64,000 nt of DNA from an uncultured Clostridia bacterium (lineage in GTDB: Bacteria; Bacillota; Clostridia; TANB77; CAG-508): assembly GCA_947623285.1 (NCBI GenBank), contig CANQGP010000003.1, positions 853-64,852 of the forward strand. The letters run 5' to 3'. Position 1 is the first letter of the stretch. Each line of letters starts with the position of its first letter. The translations under genes and the position numbers were made by a program. Under the pieces are notes generated by a model. It worked only from the letters and a program-made list of their open reading frames with translations, ran no database searches and was not told the DNA's origin. Shown piece by piece: positions 37,654 through 46,884 of this stretch.

Positions 37654-37903
37654 TATTTATGAATTTTATAAAGAAAATAAAGATGATAAAGTATGGTGGG
37701 TTGAACATTATATTTTATTAGACAAAGATAAAGGAACAACGCAAGACAATATCGATAAGATTATAGGGGAATTACTAATATCTTTTAACAAAAAGAAAAT
37801 ATATAATCTGTTTCAAGACTACCCATACAACTTAACAAAAGAAGAAAAAGAGATATTTGATAAAGAAAACCCATATTGGGCAGATTTTTTTAAAGACAGA
37901 TAA
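37643..37903 (+). CDS. small protein overlapping the MuF-fusion stop (candidate immunity/partner)
   Basis: 86 aa. 11-nt overlap with the upstream gene. Followed by a terminator. Confidence 0.55.
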   Translation: MSNDIYEFYKENKDDKVWWVEHYILLDKDKGTTQDNIDKIIGELLISFNKKKIYNLFQDYPYNLTKEEKEIFDKENPYWADFFKDR

Positions 37904-37930
37904 ACAAGTTAATAATTTTTTAAAATATAC

Positions 37931-37957
37931 AAGAGGCTGACGAGCCTTTTATTTTTT
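37931..37957 (+). terminator. terminator between the MuF module and the scaffold gene
   Basis: AGGCT-gacg-AGCCT followed by TTTTATTTTTT. Confidence 0.55.
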
Positions 37958-38079
37958 GCGTTTTTTTAGTGGTTAGCGTGAAAAAACTAAAGGGTGGGCA
38001 TACATCGTCAAAAATAGCAAATATTATCAAATTCAAGCGGAAGAAAAACCGCGTTAACAAATCGTAGGAGGAGAAATAT

Positions 38080-38655
38080 ATGAAAAGAAAGTTTTTAGAA
38101 AATTTATTCAAAGATTTAGAAGTGGAGGATAGTGTGAAAAACACATTAGTTCAAACCATTTTAGACGAAAATGGCAATGACATAAACAACGAAAAAGCCA
38201 AAACAGAAGGAGTAAAGAATGATTTGAAAGTTAAGAAAGCATTAATTGATGAACTTAACGAAAAAGTAAAAAAAGCTGAAAGTACTGATATTGAAACTAT
38301 TAAACAACAAGAATACGAAAGAGGTAAATCAGAAGCTTCTAAGGAAATGGAAGAATTTAAAAAAACTAACGCTTTAAAAAGTGCCATAAAAGGTGCTAAA
38401 GATTTCGATTTAGTTTTTTCAAAATTAAATAACGACAAAATCAAATACAACAAAAATGAAAAAGGAGAGTATGAAATCGAAGGGCTTGAAGAACAACTAA
38501 AAGCCGTAAAGAAAGATTATTCTTATTTGTTTGAAGAAGAAAAACAAGACAAAGAAAGTGACATAAAGCTAAACGGAAATCACACTCAAACATCTGATGA
38601 TGACGATTTAGCAGATTTTGAAGAAGCTATGGGAATAGTAGAGGATAAAAAATAG
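38080..38655 (+). CDS. scaffolding protein
   Basis: 191 aa, charged coiled coil, directly upstream of the capsid gene. Confidence 0.65.
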   Translation: MKRKFLENLFKDLEVEDSVKNTLVQTILDENGNDINNEKAKTEGVKNDLKVKKALIDELNEKVKKAESTDIETIKQQEYERGKSEASKEMEEFKKTNALKSAIKGAKDFDLVFSKLNNDKIKYNKNEKGEYEIEGLEEQLKAVKKDYSYLFEEEKQDKESDIKLNGNHTQTSDDDDLADFEEAMGIVEDKK

Positions 38656-38672
38656 AAAGGAAGGAAAATAAA

Positions 38673-39554
38673 ATGCCAAATTCAATAGAAAAATTTAAAA
38701 AATATGCACCAGAGTTATTAGACAAAATTTATAAGAAAGAGTCAACAACTAGTGACTTTGATACAAATGACAAATTAGTTAAAGCAGGAGCAAACACAAA
38801 CGAAATTATAATTCCAATATTAGATATGGACGGATTAGCTGATTATGACAGAAATGCTGGATATACAGCTGGAAATATTGATTTAAAGAGTGAAACAAAG
38901 AAATTCAATTATGAAAGAGGAAGAAAATTACAAACTGATATGATAGACGATGAAGAAACAGGAGGAGTAATATTAGCAAATGTATCAGCAGAATTCTTAA
39001 GAACAAAAGTTATTCCTGAGGTTGATGCAGTTAGATATTCAACTTATGCTGCTATACCTGATATATCAAAAAATGAAGAAACATTAGAAACAGGAGAAGC
39101 AGTATACAAAGCAATAAGTGCTATGTGGGACAAAATGACAGACGATGAAGTTCCTGAAACCGATAGACATCTAAGAATAACATCAACTTTATTAGGTATG
39201 GTTAGAGATATGGATAATTATAAGTCTAAGGCAATTTTAGACAAATTCGCAAGTATAAAAACTGTTCCGCAATCAAGATTTCAAACTGTTATTGAATTAA
39301 ATGACGGAACATCAGGAGGAGAAGAAAAAGGTGGATTTAAGAAAGGCGAAGACTCTTGTGATATAAACTTTATGATTATACATAAACCAGCCCTATTGCA
39401 ATATACAAAACATAACAAAATGAAAGTATTTACACCAGACCAAGACCAAGACGGAGACAGATATAAATGGAACTATAGATTATATGGTTTAAACGAATAT
39501 TATAAAAATAAAGCTGCTGGAATTGGTTTATCTCATAAAAAAAAAGTAATATAA
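38673..39554 (+). CDS. major capsid protein
   Basis: 293 aa, after the scaffold gene. GGAAGGAAAA RBS. Ends ...GLSHKKKVI within an A9 run. Confidence 0.7.
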   Translation: MPNSIEKFKKYAPELLDKIYKKESTTSDFDTNDKLVKAGANTNEIIIPILDMDGLADYDRNAGYTAGNIDLKSETKKFNYERGRKLQTDMIDDEETGGVILANVSAEFLRTKVIPEVDAVRYSTYAAIPDISKNEETLETGEAVYKAISAMWDKMTDDEVPETDRHLRITSTLLGMVRDMDNYKSKAILDKFASIKTVPQSRFQTVIELNDGTSGGEEKGGFKKGEDSCDINFMIIHKPALLQYTKHNKMKVFTPDQDQDGDRYKWNYRLYGLNEYYKNKAAGIGLSHKKKVI

Positions 39555-39940
39555 CAAAAGTTTCAATACCAAGTGGAGAAACATCACTAAATCTAGGTGA
39601 AAAGACTGTTAAAGACTTGTGTGAAAATTTAAGTGTTGAAGGAGACAATGTTAAAGGCTCACTAAAATATGTTGAGAATTGGACAGAATTTTCGAAAACT
39701 GACAATAGTGGAAACTTCTTGCCTTTATATTTCGAAGAAGCTAAAGGGCAAGCAAAAGGGACAGTTAAAGTAGAATTAAAAGGTACTGGTGCAAAATTAA
39801 AGAAACCAGTAGAGGTCGACGAAAAAGATGGTTTAATAGTGTTCCAAATACACGATAAAGACAATACACTTGAAATCACTCAAGAAGGCAAAGAAACTAG
39901 AACATTAAAATTATCTGAGTTGGAGTTGAAACAAAAATAA
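39545..39940 (+). CDS. start-less ORF in the -1 frame of the capsid gene; putative frameshift-generated C-terminal extension
   Basis: The frame is open from the A9 run (SNITKVSIPSGETSLNLGEKTVKDL...). The only candidate start, TTG at 39617, has no RBS. Confidence 0.45.
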   Translation, partial: SNITKVSIPSGETSLNLGEKTVKDLCENLSVEGDNVKGSLKYVENWTEFSKTDNSGNFLPLYFEEAKGQAKGTVKVELKGTGAKLKKPVEVDEKDGLIVFQIHDKDNTLEITQEGKETRTLKLSELELKQK

Positions 39941-39956
39941 GAAAGGAGAAAGCAAG

Positions 39957-40145
39957 ATGTCTAAAAAAGTAGGAGTAGGATATTCTTTTAAAGAACAAAA
40001 TTTAGAAGAAGAAAATAAAAAATTAAAAAAAGAAGTAGCAGAATTAAAAAAGCAAGTAGCAAAATCTAAGGAAAATGCTAAGAAAAACACTAATAAAAAC
40101 GCAAACAAAAAAGATACTAAAAACAAAGATAAGGAGCAAAAATAA
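39957..40145 (+). CDS. Lys-rich coiled-coil head protein, hypothetical
   Basis: 62 aa. AAAGGAGAAAG RBS. Confidence 0.5.
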   Translation: MSKKVGVGYSFKEQNLEEENKKLKKEVAELKKQVAKSKENAKKNTNKNANKKDTKNKDKEQK

Positions 40146-40501
40146 TGGTATATACAGATTATGAATATTATTCAAAAACCTTTCACGGTAAAAAAACTGA
40201 GGAAGATTTTAATTCGCTAGTTTTAAAAGCTAGTAGAGAAATTGACAACAATATCAATACTAGGCTAAACGAAGAAAAAATCAATAATTTACCAATTGAA
40301 GCACAAGACCAGCTAAAATACACGGCTTGTGCTTTGGTTGATTTATTGGCAAAAAAACAAACAAGTGACAATAAAAATGTAAGTTCTATATCTATTGACG
40401 GAGTTAGCAAAAGTTTTAAAGATTTTGTTAAATCTGATTTTGACATCGAAAAAAAAGAAATATTAAAATGTCTACCTAACGAATTAACGGTATATCTATA
40501 A
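40145..40501 (+). CDS. head-tail connector (gp6-like) protein
   Basis: 118 aa, in the position after the capsid gene. ATGG overlap with the upstream stop. Confidence 0.5.
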   Translation: MVYTDYEYYSKTFHGKKTEEDFNSLVLKASREIDNNINTRLNEEKINNLPIEAQDQLKYTACALVDLLAKKQTSDNKNVSSISIDGVSKSFKDFVKSDFDIEKKEILKCLPNELTVYL

Positions 40502-40513
40502 GGGGTGCTTATT

Positions 40514-40951
40514 ATGTCTGATTTTCCACTACAAAAAGTAACTATATATCATAAAGTAAAAGATAATGAATACGAAAGATACGTGAAAGACGTAAGTTTG
40601 AGAAATGCATCAATGCTCAATAAAAAAAATTATGGTTTTAGCAATGAAGATACAGCTATAATAAGAGTTTTTGACGTAAAAGGTTACAACAAAAGTATCC
40701 ATATAAAGAACACTAATTCAATTCTTAATTTTCCATTAAATAGTTTTTTAGGGGAAACATGGAAAGTAAAATTAGGAGATGTAATAGTAAACGGTATTAC
40801 AGAAGACGAAATTAGTTTAAATACCCCTATAACTGAATTAAGTAAAAAATACGGAAAAGAAAATGTTTTTAAGGTTAATAGTATTAATATATTTATATTT
40901 GATGATGAAGATATAGAAGAATTAAATCACATAAAATTGGGGTGTGTATAA
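40514..40951 (+). CDS. head-tail joining protein, hypothetical
   Basis: Start MSDFPLQK after AGGGG. Confidence 0.5.
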   Translation: MSDFPLQKVTIYHKVKDNEYERYVKDVSLRNASMLNKKNYGFSNEDTAIIRVFDVKGYNKSIHIKNTNSILNFPLNSFLGETWKVKLGDVIVNGITEDEISLNTPITELSKKYGKENVFKVNSINIFIFDDEDIEELNHIKLGCV

Positions 40952-41298
40952 TGGACGTTAAAATTAACACGAAACCTTTAAAACAAATTTACAATCAATT
41001 AGGGTTAGGAGATAAAGGAAAAGTGCAAACATATTTAGATAAAAGAGTAGCAGAGAATTTGCAAAGATACGTTTCTTATAAAACCGGAGCACAAGAAGAT
41101 TCTATTCCTATTGCTAGTGATTACGGTAGCGGAAAAGTAATTATAAACGTACCTTATGCTGAATATCAAGCTTATTCTAAAAAAATAACAAAAAGGGTAG
41201 GTTTAAGAGGCACAAGACCATTTGAACGAATGAAATCAGATAAAGGACAAAGCATTTTAAATGAAGTATCAAAATATGCAAGGAGGCTTTCAAAATGA
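40951..41298 (+). CDS. head-tail joining / minor capsid protein, hypothetical
   Basis: MDVKINTKPL...; TAATG overlap with the upstream gene. Confidence 0.5.
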   Translation: MDVKINTKPLKQIYNQLGLGDKGKVQTYLDKRVAENLQRYVSYKTGAQEDSIPIASDYGSGKVIINVPYAEYQAYSKKITKRVGLRGTRPFERMKSDKGQSILNEVSKYARRLSK

Positions 41299-41729
41299 AC
41301 GAAACAAATAGTATTACAACAGCTATTAATAATTGGCTTTTACAATATGAACAGATAAAAGAAGTAGCTAAAATATCAACAGAAGAACTTGCAGACGAAT
41401 ACGAAGCACTAGCTTTACAAAGAACTGGCGTTGAAAATCTTTCAAATAAATATATAACCGAAAAAGGTTGGAGAAGGCAATATCAATATATGCTTTTATT
41501 AAAATCAGCAAGTGAAGATGACAAACAAAGGCTTGAAAATCTAGATTGGCTAGATGATTTAAGCGATTGGATAATTCAACAAAAAAGATTGAGGAATTTT
41601 CCAAAATTAAAGAATAAACAAGTAACAGATATGAGTTGTAGTAATGCATTGACTTATCAAGTCGAAAAAGACGGGACGATAAGTAATTATTATTTGCAAC
41701 TCTATTTTGATATAAAAGGAGGGAATTAA
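41295..41729 (+). CDS. tail-completion-type protein, hypothetical
   Basis: 144 aa. ATGA overlap with the upstream gene. Confidence 0.5.
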   Translation: MNETNSITTAINNWLLQYEQIKEVAKISTEELADEYEALALQRTGVENLSNKYITEKGWRRQYQYMLLLKSASEDDKQRLENLDWLDDLSDWIIQQKRLRNFPKLKNKQVTDMSCSNALTYQVEKDGTISNYYLQLYFDIKGGN

Positions 41730-41731
41730 AT

Positions 41732-42349
41732 ATGGAACAAGAATTAAGAGACATTATGGAATACGACGAAGCACATTACTTTGGTATACCGGAAGATATT
41801 GAACTTGGTGGAGTTATAACAGAATTAACAGAAAGTTCAAACCCAACAGAAAGCGAAAAACAATATATACACCAAAAATCAAAAACAGTCAAAGTAACAG
41901 GCTTTTCAAATGAATTTCCGATTACCTTAGATATGGTAAAAGGAGATAAAGTATTCGAATTTATGTATGACATATTTTTTAGAAGAAAAACAGGTACAGA
42001 TGCATTGATACCACATTACATTGTAAACTTATGGCAACCAACAGATGAAGAAGGCAAGAAGTTTGTAGCAAGAAAAATAATTCAAACTTGTGAAATTGAA
42101 GAATGTAACGGAGCAGCAGGAGAACAAAAACAAATAACAGGTTCGTTAAAAGGTGGAGAATTTGTATATGGAGAATTTGACATTGAAACAAAAACTTTCA
42201 CAAAAAAAGACGATGTCAAGCCATATGTACCAGTTGTATTATCAATGGAAAAAGGACAAAAACCTGTAATGCAAACACCAAAGCAAGTAGCCGACAACGG
42301 CAAAACGGTAGAAACAGCTGAAGCAAAAACAAGTAAAAGTTCAAAATAA
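41732..42349 (+). CDS. major tail protein
   Basis: 205 aa, positioned two genes before the tape measure. Confidence 0.55.
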   Translation: MEQELRDIMEYDEAHYFGIPEDIELGGVITELTESSNPTESEKQYIHQKSKTVKVTGFSNEFPITLDMVKGDKVFEFMYDIFFRRKTGTDALIPHYIVNLWQPTDEEGKKFVARKIIQTCEIEECNGAAGEQKQITGSLKGGEFVYGEFDIETKTFTKKDDVKPYVPVVLSMEKGQKPVMQTPKQVADNGKTVETAEAKTSKSSK

Positions 42350-42386
42350 GAGTTTTTTAACATATTTAAGGAAAGGAATTTAAAGA

Positions 42387-42827
42387 ATGGATAATAGAAG
42401 AGTAAGTTTAGATTATAAGGATACTGATGAGAGTGTAGAAATTGAAATATACGGTTTAGTTTTTGAAATTAAAGAGTTAAATAAAGAAGAGTTAGAAAAA
42501 ATTGATAGAAATGATAATAATGAGTTAGAAAAAGAAATTGATAAGGCACTTGGCAAGGGTGCAGTAGAAAAAATTAATAAAAAGAGGGTACAGGACGGAT
42601 ATAAAGAAATGGACGTTACTGTAGCCTCTAATATTTTAGGTTTTATAATGGAAACATACGTAAAAGGTACAGTCGGAAACGTAGTAAATAGAACAGTAAA
42701 TGCAGTTAATGATACAACTAATAATATGGTTAATTTGATGAATGGAAATAATTTTAATAGAGAACAAAGAAGAAATTATAATAGAAATTATAGAAAAAAT
42801 AATAGATATAATAGGAGATATTATTAA
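42387..42827 (+). CDS. tail assembly chaperone-like protein
   Basis: 146 aa, between the major tail and tape-measure genes. N/R-rich tail. Confidence 0.5.
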   Translation: MDNRRVSLDYKDTDESVEIEIYGLVFEIKELNKEELEKIDRNDNNELEKEIDKALGKGAVEKINKKRVQDGYKEMDVTVASNILGFIMETYVKGTVGNVVNRTVNAVNDTTNNMVNLMNGNNFNREQRRNYNRNYRKNNRYNRRYY

Positions 42828-42828
42828 A

Positions 42829-43423
42829 ATGAATATGTTTAAAAGACTACCTTATTTTGTTTATTTACAAGGAAGAAAAATAAAAATAAATGTAGATTAT
42901 AGAATAATGGTGTCTTTTGAAAAAGTGATACTGGATAAGAGCCTTAGTAAAGATAAAAAAATTCAAAAAATCATGAAAATACTATGTCGCTTTTATCCAT
43001 TTTTTTTTAGTCAAAATTATCATGAGTTGATATCTAATGAAAATTTATATAAAGAATCAATCGATAAACTAATATGGTTTTATAGATGTCGGAAGAAAAG
43101 ATTATCATAAAATTACTGGTAAAAGTAAAAATAGAAATCAAATATACAACTATGATTACGACGATGAATATATTTACGGTGCTTTTTATGAACAATACGG
43201 AATTGATTTATCATATGAAAACATACATTGGTGGAAATTTAAAGCATTGTTGAAATCATTAAAAGATGATACTGAATTTGTTAAAATTAAAAGTTATAGG
43301 GCGTATAACGGCAAAGATAAAGAATTAAAAGAATTAAAGAAATATTGGACATTGCCAGTATCTTCCGAAGACAAAGACAGACAAAATGCCATTTTTGAAG
43401 TATTGAACAACATTGGAAAATAA
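42829..43423 (+). pseudogene. phage Gp15-family protein with +1 frameshift at an A4 run (43096..43099)
   Basis: MNMFKRLPYFVYLQGRKIKINVDYRIMVSFEKV...LIWFYRCRKK | DYHKITG...YDYDDEYIYGAFYEQYGIDLSYENIHWWKFKALLKSL. Length is 3n+1. Confidence 0.6.
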
Positions 43424-43446
43424 TCTACATTGGAAAGGACAAAATA

Positions 43447-45327
43447 ATGGCAGTAGCAGGAAGTTTAACGTATGAAACAGATTTAGACAAAAGTAAGTTT
43501 GAAAAAGGTTTAAATTCATTAGGAAGCATAAGCAAAACAGCATTAAAAGGTGTAGGTGTAGCAATAGGAGCTACAACCACAGCATTAGCTGGAATAGGAA
43601 CAGCGGCTACAAGTTCTTATGCAGAATTAGAGCAAAATGTTGGTGGTATTGAAACATTATTTAAAGATAGTGCAAATACAGTAATTCAAAATGCAAATAA
43701 TGCATACAAAACAGCCGGAATGAGTGCTAATCAATATATGTCAATGGCAACGTCATTTAGTGCCTCACTTTTACAAAGTTTAGGTGGAGATACACAAAAA
43801 GCAGCAGAAGTAACAGATATGGCAATTACTGATATGTCTGACAACGCAAACAAAATGGGAACTGATATGCAAGCCATACAAGACGCATATCAAGGTTTTG
43901 CAAAACAAAACTATACAATGCTAGATAACCTTAAATTAGGTTATGGTGGAACTAAAACCGAAATGGAGAGATTGCTTGCTGACGCTGAAAAAATTACAGG
44001 TGTCAAATATGACATTAATAATTTAAGCGATGTATATAACGCAATACACGTAATTCAAGGAGAATTAGGAATAACAGGAACTACAGCTAAAGAAGCAGCT
44101 TCAACAATTAGTGGTAGTGTTGCTTCAATGAAAGCGGCTTGGGATAATTTCTTAAATGGAAGTGGAACTGTTGACCAATTAGTTGAAACAGCAAAAACAG
44201 CACTTTTAAATATTTTAAATGCGGTTGGAGAATTGTTACCACAAATTGTTTCAAGTGTATCAGAAGCAATGCCTCAAATCATTTCAGCAATTAACGAAGT
44301 ACTTCCAAAATTCATAGAATTGCTGAATAGTCAATTACCAACATTATTGTCTAGCATAGGTCAAATTTTAATGGCAATAGGAAATGCGATAATACAATAT
44401 ATTCCTCAATTAATTCCAATAGCTTTACAGCTAATACAGTCATTTGCTCAAGGGTTAATATCTTTTTTACCACAAATATTGCAAATAGGAGTACAAGTAA
44501 TCTCAGAATTAATTAATGGAATAGCTCAAATGTTGCCTACGTTAATTCCTATGGCAATAGATTGTATTATAACTCTTGCTACAGGGTTATTAGATAATAT
44601 TGACCAGTTAGTAGATGCTGGAATTAATTTAATAATAGGTTTAGCAGAAGGACTTATTAATGCAATACCTGTTATTATAGAAAAAATACCAACTATAATA
44701 TCAAGTTTAATAAATGCAATTACGAATAATTTACCTAAATTAATTCAAATGGGAATTGAATTAACTGTAAAATTGGCTTTAGGATTAGTGCAAGCAATAC
44801 CTCAATTAGTTAGCAAAATACCTCAAATTATAGGAGCAATTATAAGTGGTTTTGGAAATTTAGCAGCAAATATGGGACAAGTAGGTCTAAACCTTATACA
44901 AGGTTTATGGAATGGTATTTCAAACGCAGTAGGCTGGTTATGGGGTAAAATATCAGGATTTTGCAGTAGTATTGTTAATAAAATTAAAGGCTTTTTTGGT
45001 ATTCATTCTCCAGCAACATTGATTAGAGACAAAATAGGAAAATACATCCCTCAAGGTATGGCTGTTGGTATTGAAGCAGACACAGATAAAGCAATAAACG
45101 CAATAGATAAAATGAATGATGAAATTTTAAATGAAATGGATAAGGCGGTAGCTTTTGAAACTGGCTCAATCAATGCAAATGCAAGTGTTAAAGGTAACAA
45201 TTCACTATTAAATACAATTCAAGCTACATTTAATATAGACGGAAGTGTTGATATAGACGGTCACAAAGCAGGAAGAATATTAGCACCACCAATAACTAAA
45301 GTAATAAAGGCAGGTGGTATAGCATGA
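43447..45327 (+). CDS. tail tape measure protein
   Basis: 626 aa, Ala/Ile/Leu-rich with helical repeats (LPQI.., IPQL..). Canonical position. Confidence 0.8.
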   Translation: MAVAGSLTYETDLDKSKFEKGLNSLGSISKTALKGVGVAIGATTTALAGIGTAATSSYAELEQNVGGIETLFKDSANTVIQNANNAYKTAGMSANQYMSMATSFSASLLQSLGGDTQKAAEVTDMAITDMSDNANKMGTDMQAIQDAYQGFAKQNYTMLDNLKLGYGGTKTEMERLLADAEKITGVKYDINNLSDVYNAIHVIQGELGITGTTAKEAASTISGSVASMKAAWDNFLNGSGTVDQLVETAKTALLNILNAVGELLPQIVSSVSEAMPQIISAINEVLPKFIELLNSQLPTLLSSIGQILMAIGNAIIQYIPQLIPIALQLIQSFAQGLISFLPQILQIGVQVISELINGIAQMLPTLIPMAIDCIITLATGLLDNIDQLVDAGINLIIGLAEGLINAIPVIIEKIPTIISSLINAITNNLPKLIQMGIELTVKLALGLVQAIPQLVSKIPQIIGAIISGFGNLAANMGQVGLNLIQGLWNGISNAVGWLWGKISGFCSSIVNKIKGFFGIHSPATLIRDKIGKYIPQGMAVGIEADTDKAINAIDKMNDEILNEMDKAVAFETGSINANASVKGNNSLLNTIQATFNIDGSVDIDGHKAGRILAPPITKVIKAGGIA

Positions 45328-46880
45328 TGATAGCAAAATGGGGAAATAAAGAATGTGAGTTGATAGATGATGTCAATATAAGTAAATCAAGTCGTGAAGT
45401 GTCATTCTCAGATATTAAAATAGGATTTGAAAATGGCACTATTGAAGATTTACCACTATATCTACAAGAAATCAAAATAATTGACGACAGTAAAGTTTTA
45501 TTTACAGGCTTTGCAAATAGGTGTGAATTACCTAAGTTAAGGTTATCAACAAAAATAGACAGAGAGTTATCAATAGAACTATTAAGCCCTAGAGCACTGA
45601 CAACTAAAAAAACAGTAACAGTTATTATGACTGGGAGTATAAGAAAAGTATTAGATAGGATACTTTCGCCTCTATATGAAGATGGCTTTGTTATTAACGA
45701 CTATCATATAGAGGATAGAAACATTACTGTAAAATTTATTAGCAAAACAATAGAAGAATGTTTAAATATCTTATCTAATAAATTAGGTATTTATTGGAAT
45801 ATTGACGAATTAAAGAAAATTCAAATTTGCGATATAGATTATTTATTTAATAAAGAATCGACAGAAATAAATATTCAAAATTACATAGAAAAAATAAAAG
45901 GATTTGAATATTTATTACCAACAATTGAAGGATATGATTATGCAAACATTATAAATATAAAAAATGCAAGAGTGTTTATAGAGGAAAATATCCAAGAGCC
46001 GATTACGTTAAAACAAAACGATAGTTACGAATTTGCGCATCCAATAGACATTAGCCTAGCAACAGCAAAAAGGGTCTTAGCTGATGACGGGCTTTTCAAT
46101 GAGGAGGCATATGGCGGTATAGTAAATTTAGAAATAGACTGCGAAGATACAGGAAAAACGGCAATGATATATAGTTCGTTTAATGAAACTAATATAAAAG
46201 GAAACGATAAACAAACTATAAACAATATCTCAACCGAAGATAAAGATGAAAAGTTTTTTACTTTACAAATGGACAGCACATTTAAAAATTTAGCAACAGG
46301 ATTTACGTACAAAGGAGAAGGAACAGTAACGATAAACCGCATTTGCTCACAAACAGCACTTCAATATAGCAATATGAAGCTTTTAAATTGGCACGAAATT
46401 GAAAAGAAAAAGGGCAAAATTAGTCCTAGCGGTCAAATCGAACGAGTGATAGACGTAAAGGAAAAATGGTTTACTGTGCAAGAGTTAATTGACTATATTA
46501 GAAGCCAATTTATAATTAATGACAACTACGTGAGCAATATATCAATAGTTTGTGATGAAGATAATAACTTCAATATAGGGGATAGACTTGAAATTGATTT
46601 GCCTGATTTACTGACTCAAGGAAATTTTATAATTACAGATATTGAACAAAATAAAAATTGGAATGAACCATTTGAATATACTATAAAATTAAGGAACACA
46701 AATATATTAGAGAATTTTATAGATTTATTTAGAGATCCTGAAAGCGAAGAACAAGAAAGTCAAATTGAAGTTGAGTATGCCGTAGAATACGCAGAAGAAG
46801 AAACAATACAAGAAAAACATTATATTGAACTTGTTGATATAGATAAAAAGGCAAGTACATTGAATTTTGAATTGAGGTAA
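45324..46880 (+). CDS. distal tail (Dit-like) protein
   Basis: 518 aa, first gene after the tape measure, ATGA overlap. Confidence 0.45.
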   Translation: MMIAKWGNKECELIDDVNISKSSREVSFSDIKIGFENGTIEDLPLYLQEIKIIDDSKVLFTGFANRCELPKLRLSTKIDRELSIELLSPRALTTKKTVTVIMTGSIRKVLDRILSPLYEDGFVINDYHIEDRNITVKFISKTIEECLNILSNKLGIYWNIDELKKIQICDIDYLFNKESTEINIQNYIEKIKGFEYLLPTIEGYDYANIINIKNARVFIEENIQEPITLKQNDSYEFAHPIDISLATAKRVLADDGLFNEEAYGGIVNLEIDCEDTGKTAMIYSSFNETNIKGNDKQTINNISTEDKDEKFFTLQMDSTFKNLATGFTYKGEGTVTINRICSQTALQYSNMKLLNWHEIEKKKGKISPSGQIERVIDVKEKWFTVQELIDYIRSQFIINDNYVSNISIVCDEDNNFNIGDRLEIDLPDLLTQGNFIITDIEQNKNWNEPFEYTIKLRNTNILENFIDLFRDPESEEQESQIEVEYAVEYAEEETIQEKHYIELVDIDKKASTLNFELR

Positions 46881-46884
46881 TTTT

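Noticed and set aside
42742-43110. ORF-track entry overlapping the end of the 42387..42827 chaperone-like gene, which could be read as a gpG/gpGT programmed-frameshift product.
   Set aside because: The overlapping frame is +1 rather than -1 and I could identify no slippery heptamer. The downstream protein has its own ATG (42829) with a GGAG RBS and a recognisable Gp15-family N-terminus. I treat it as a separate gene.
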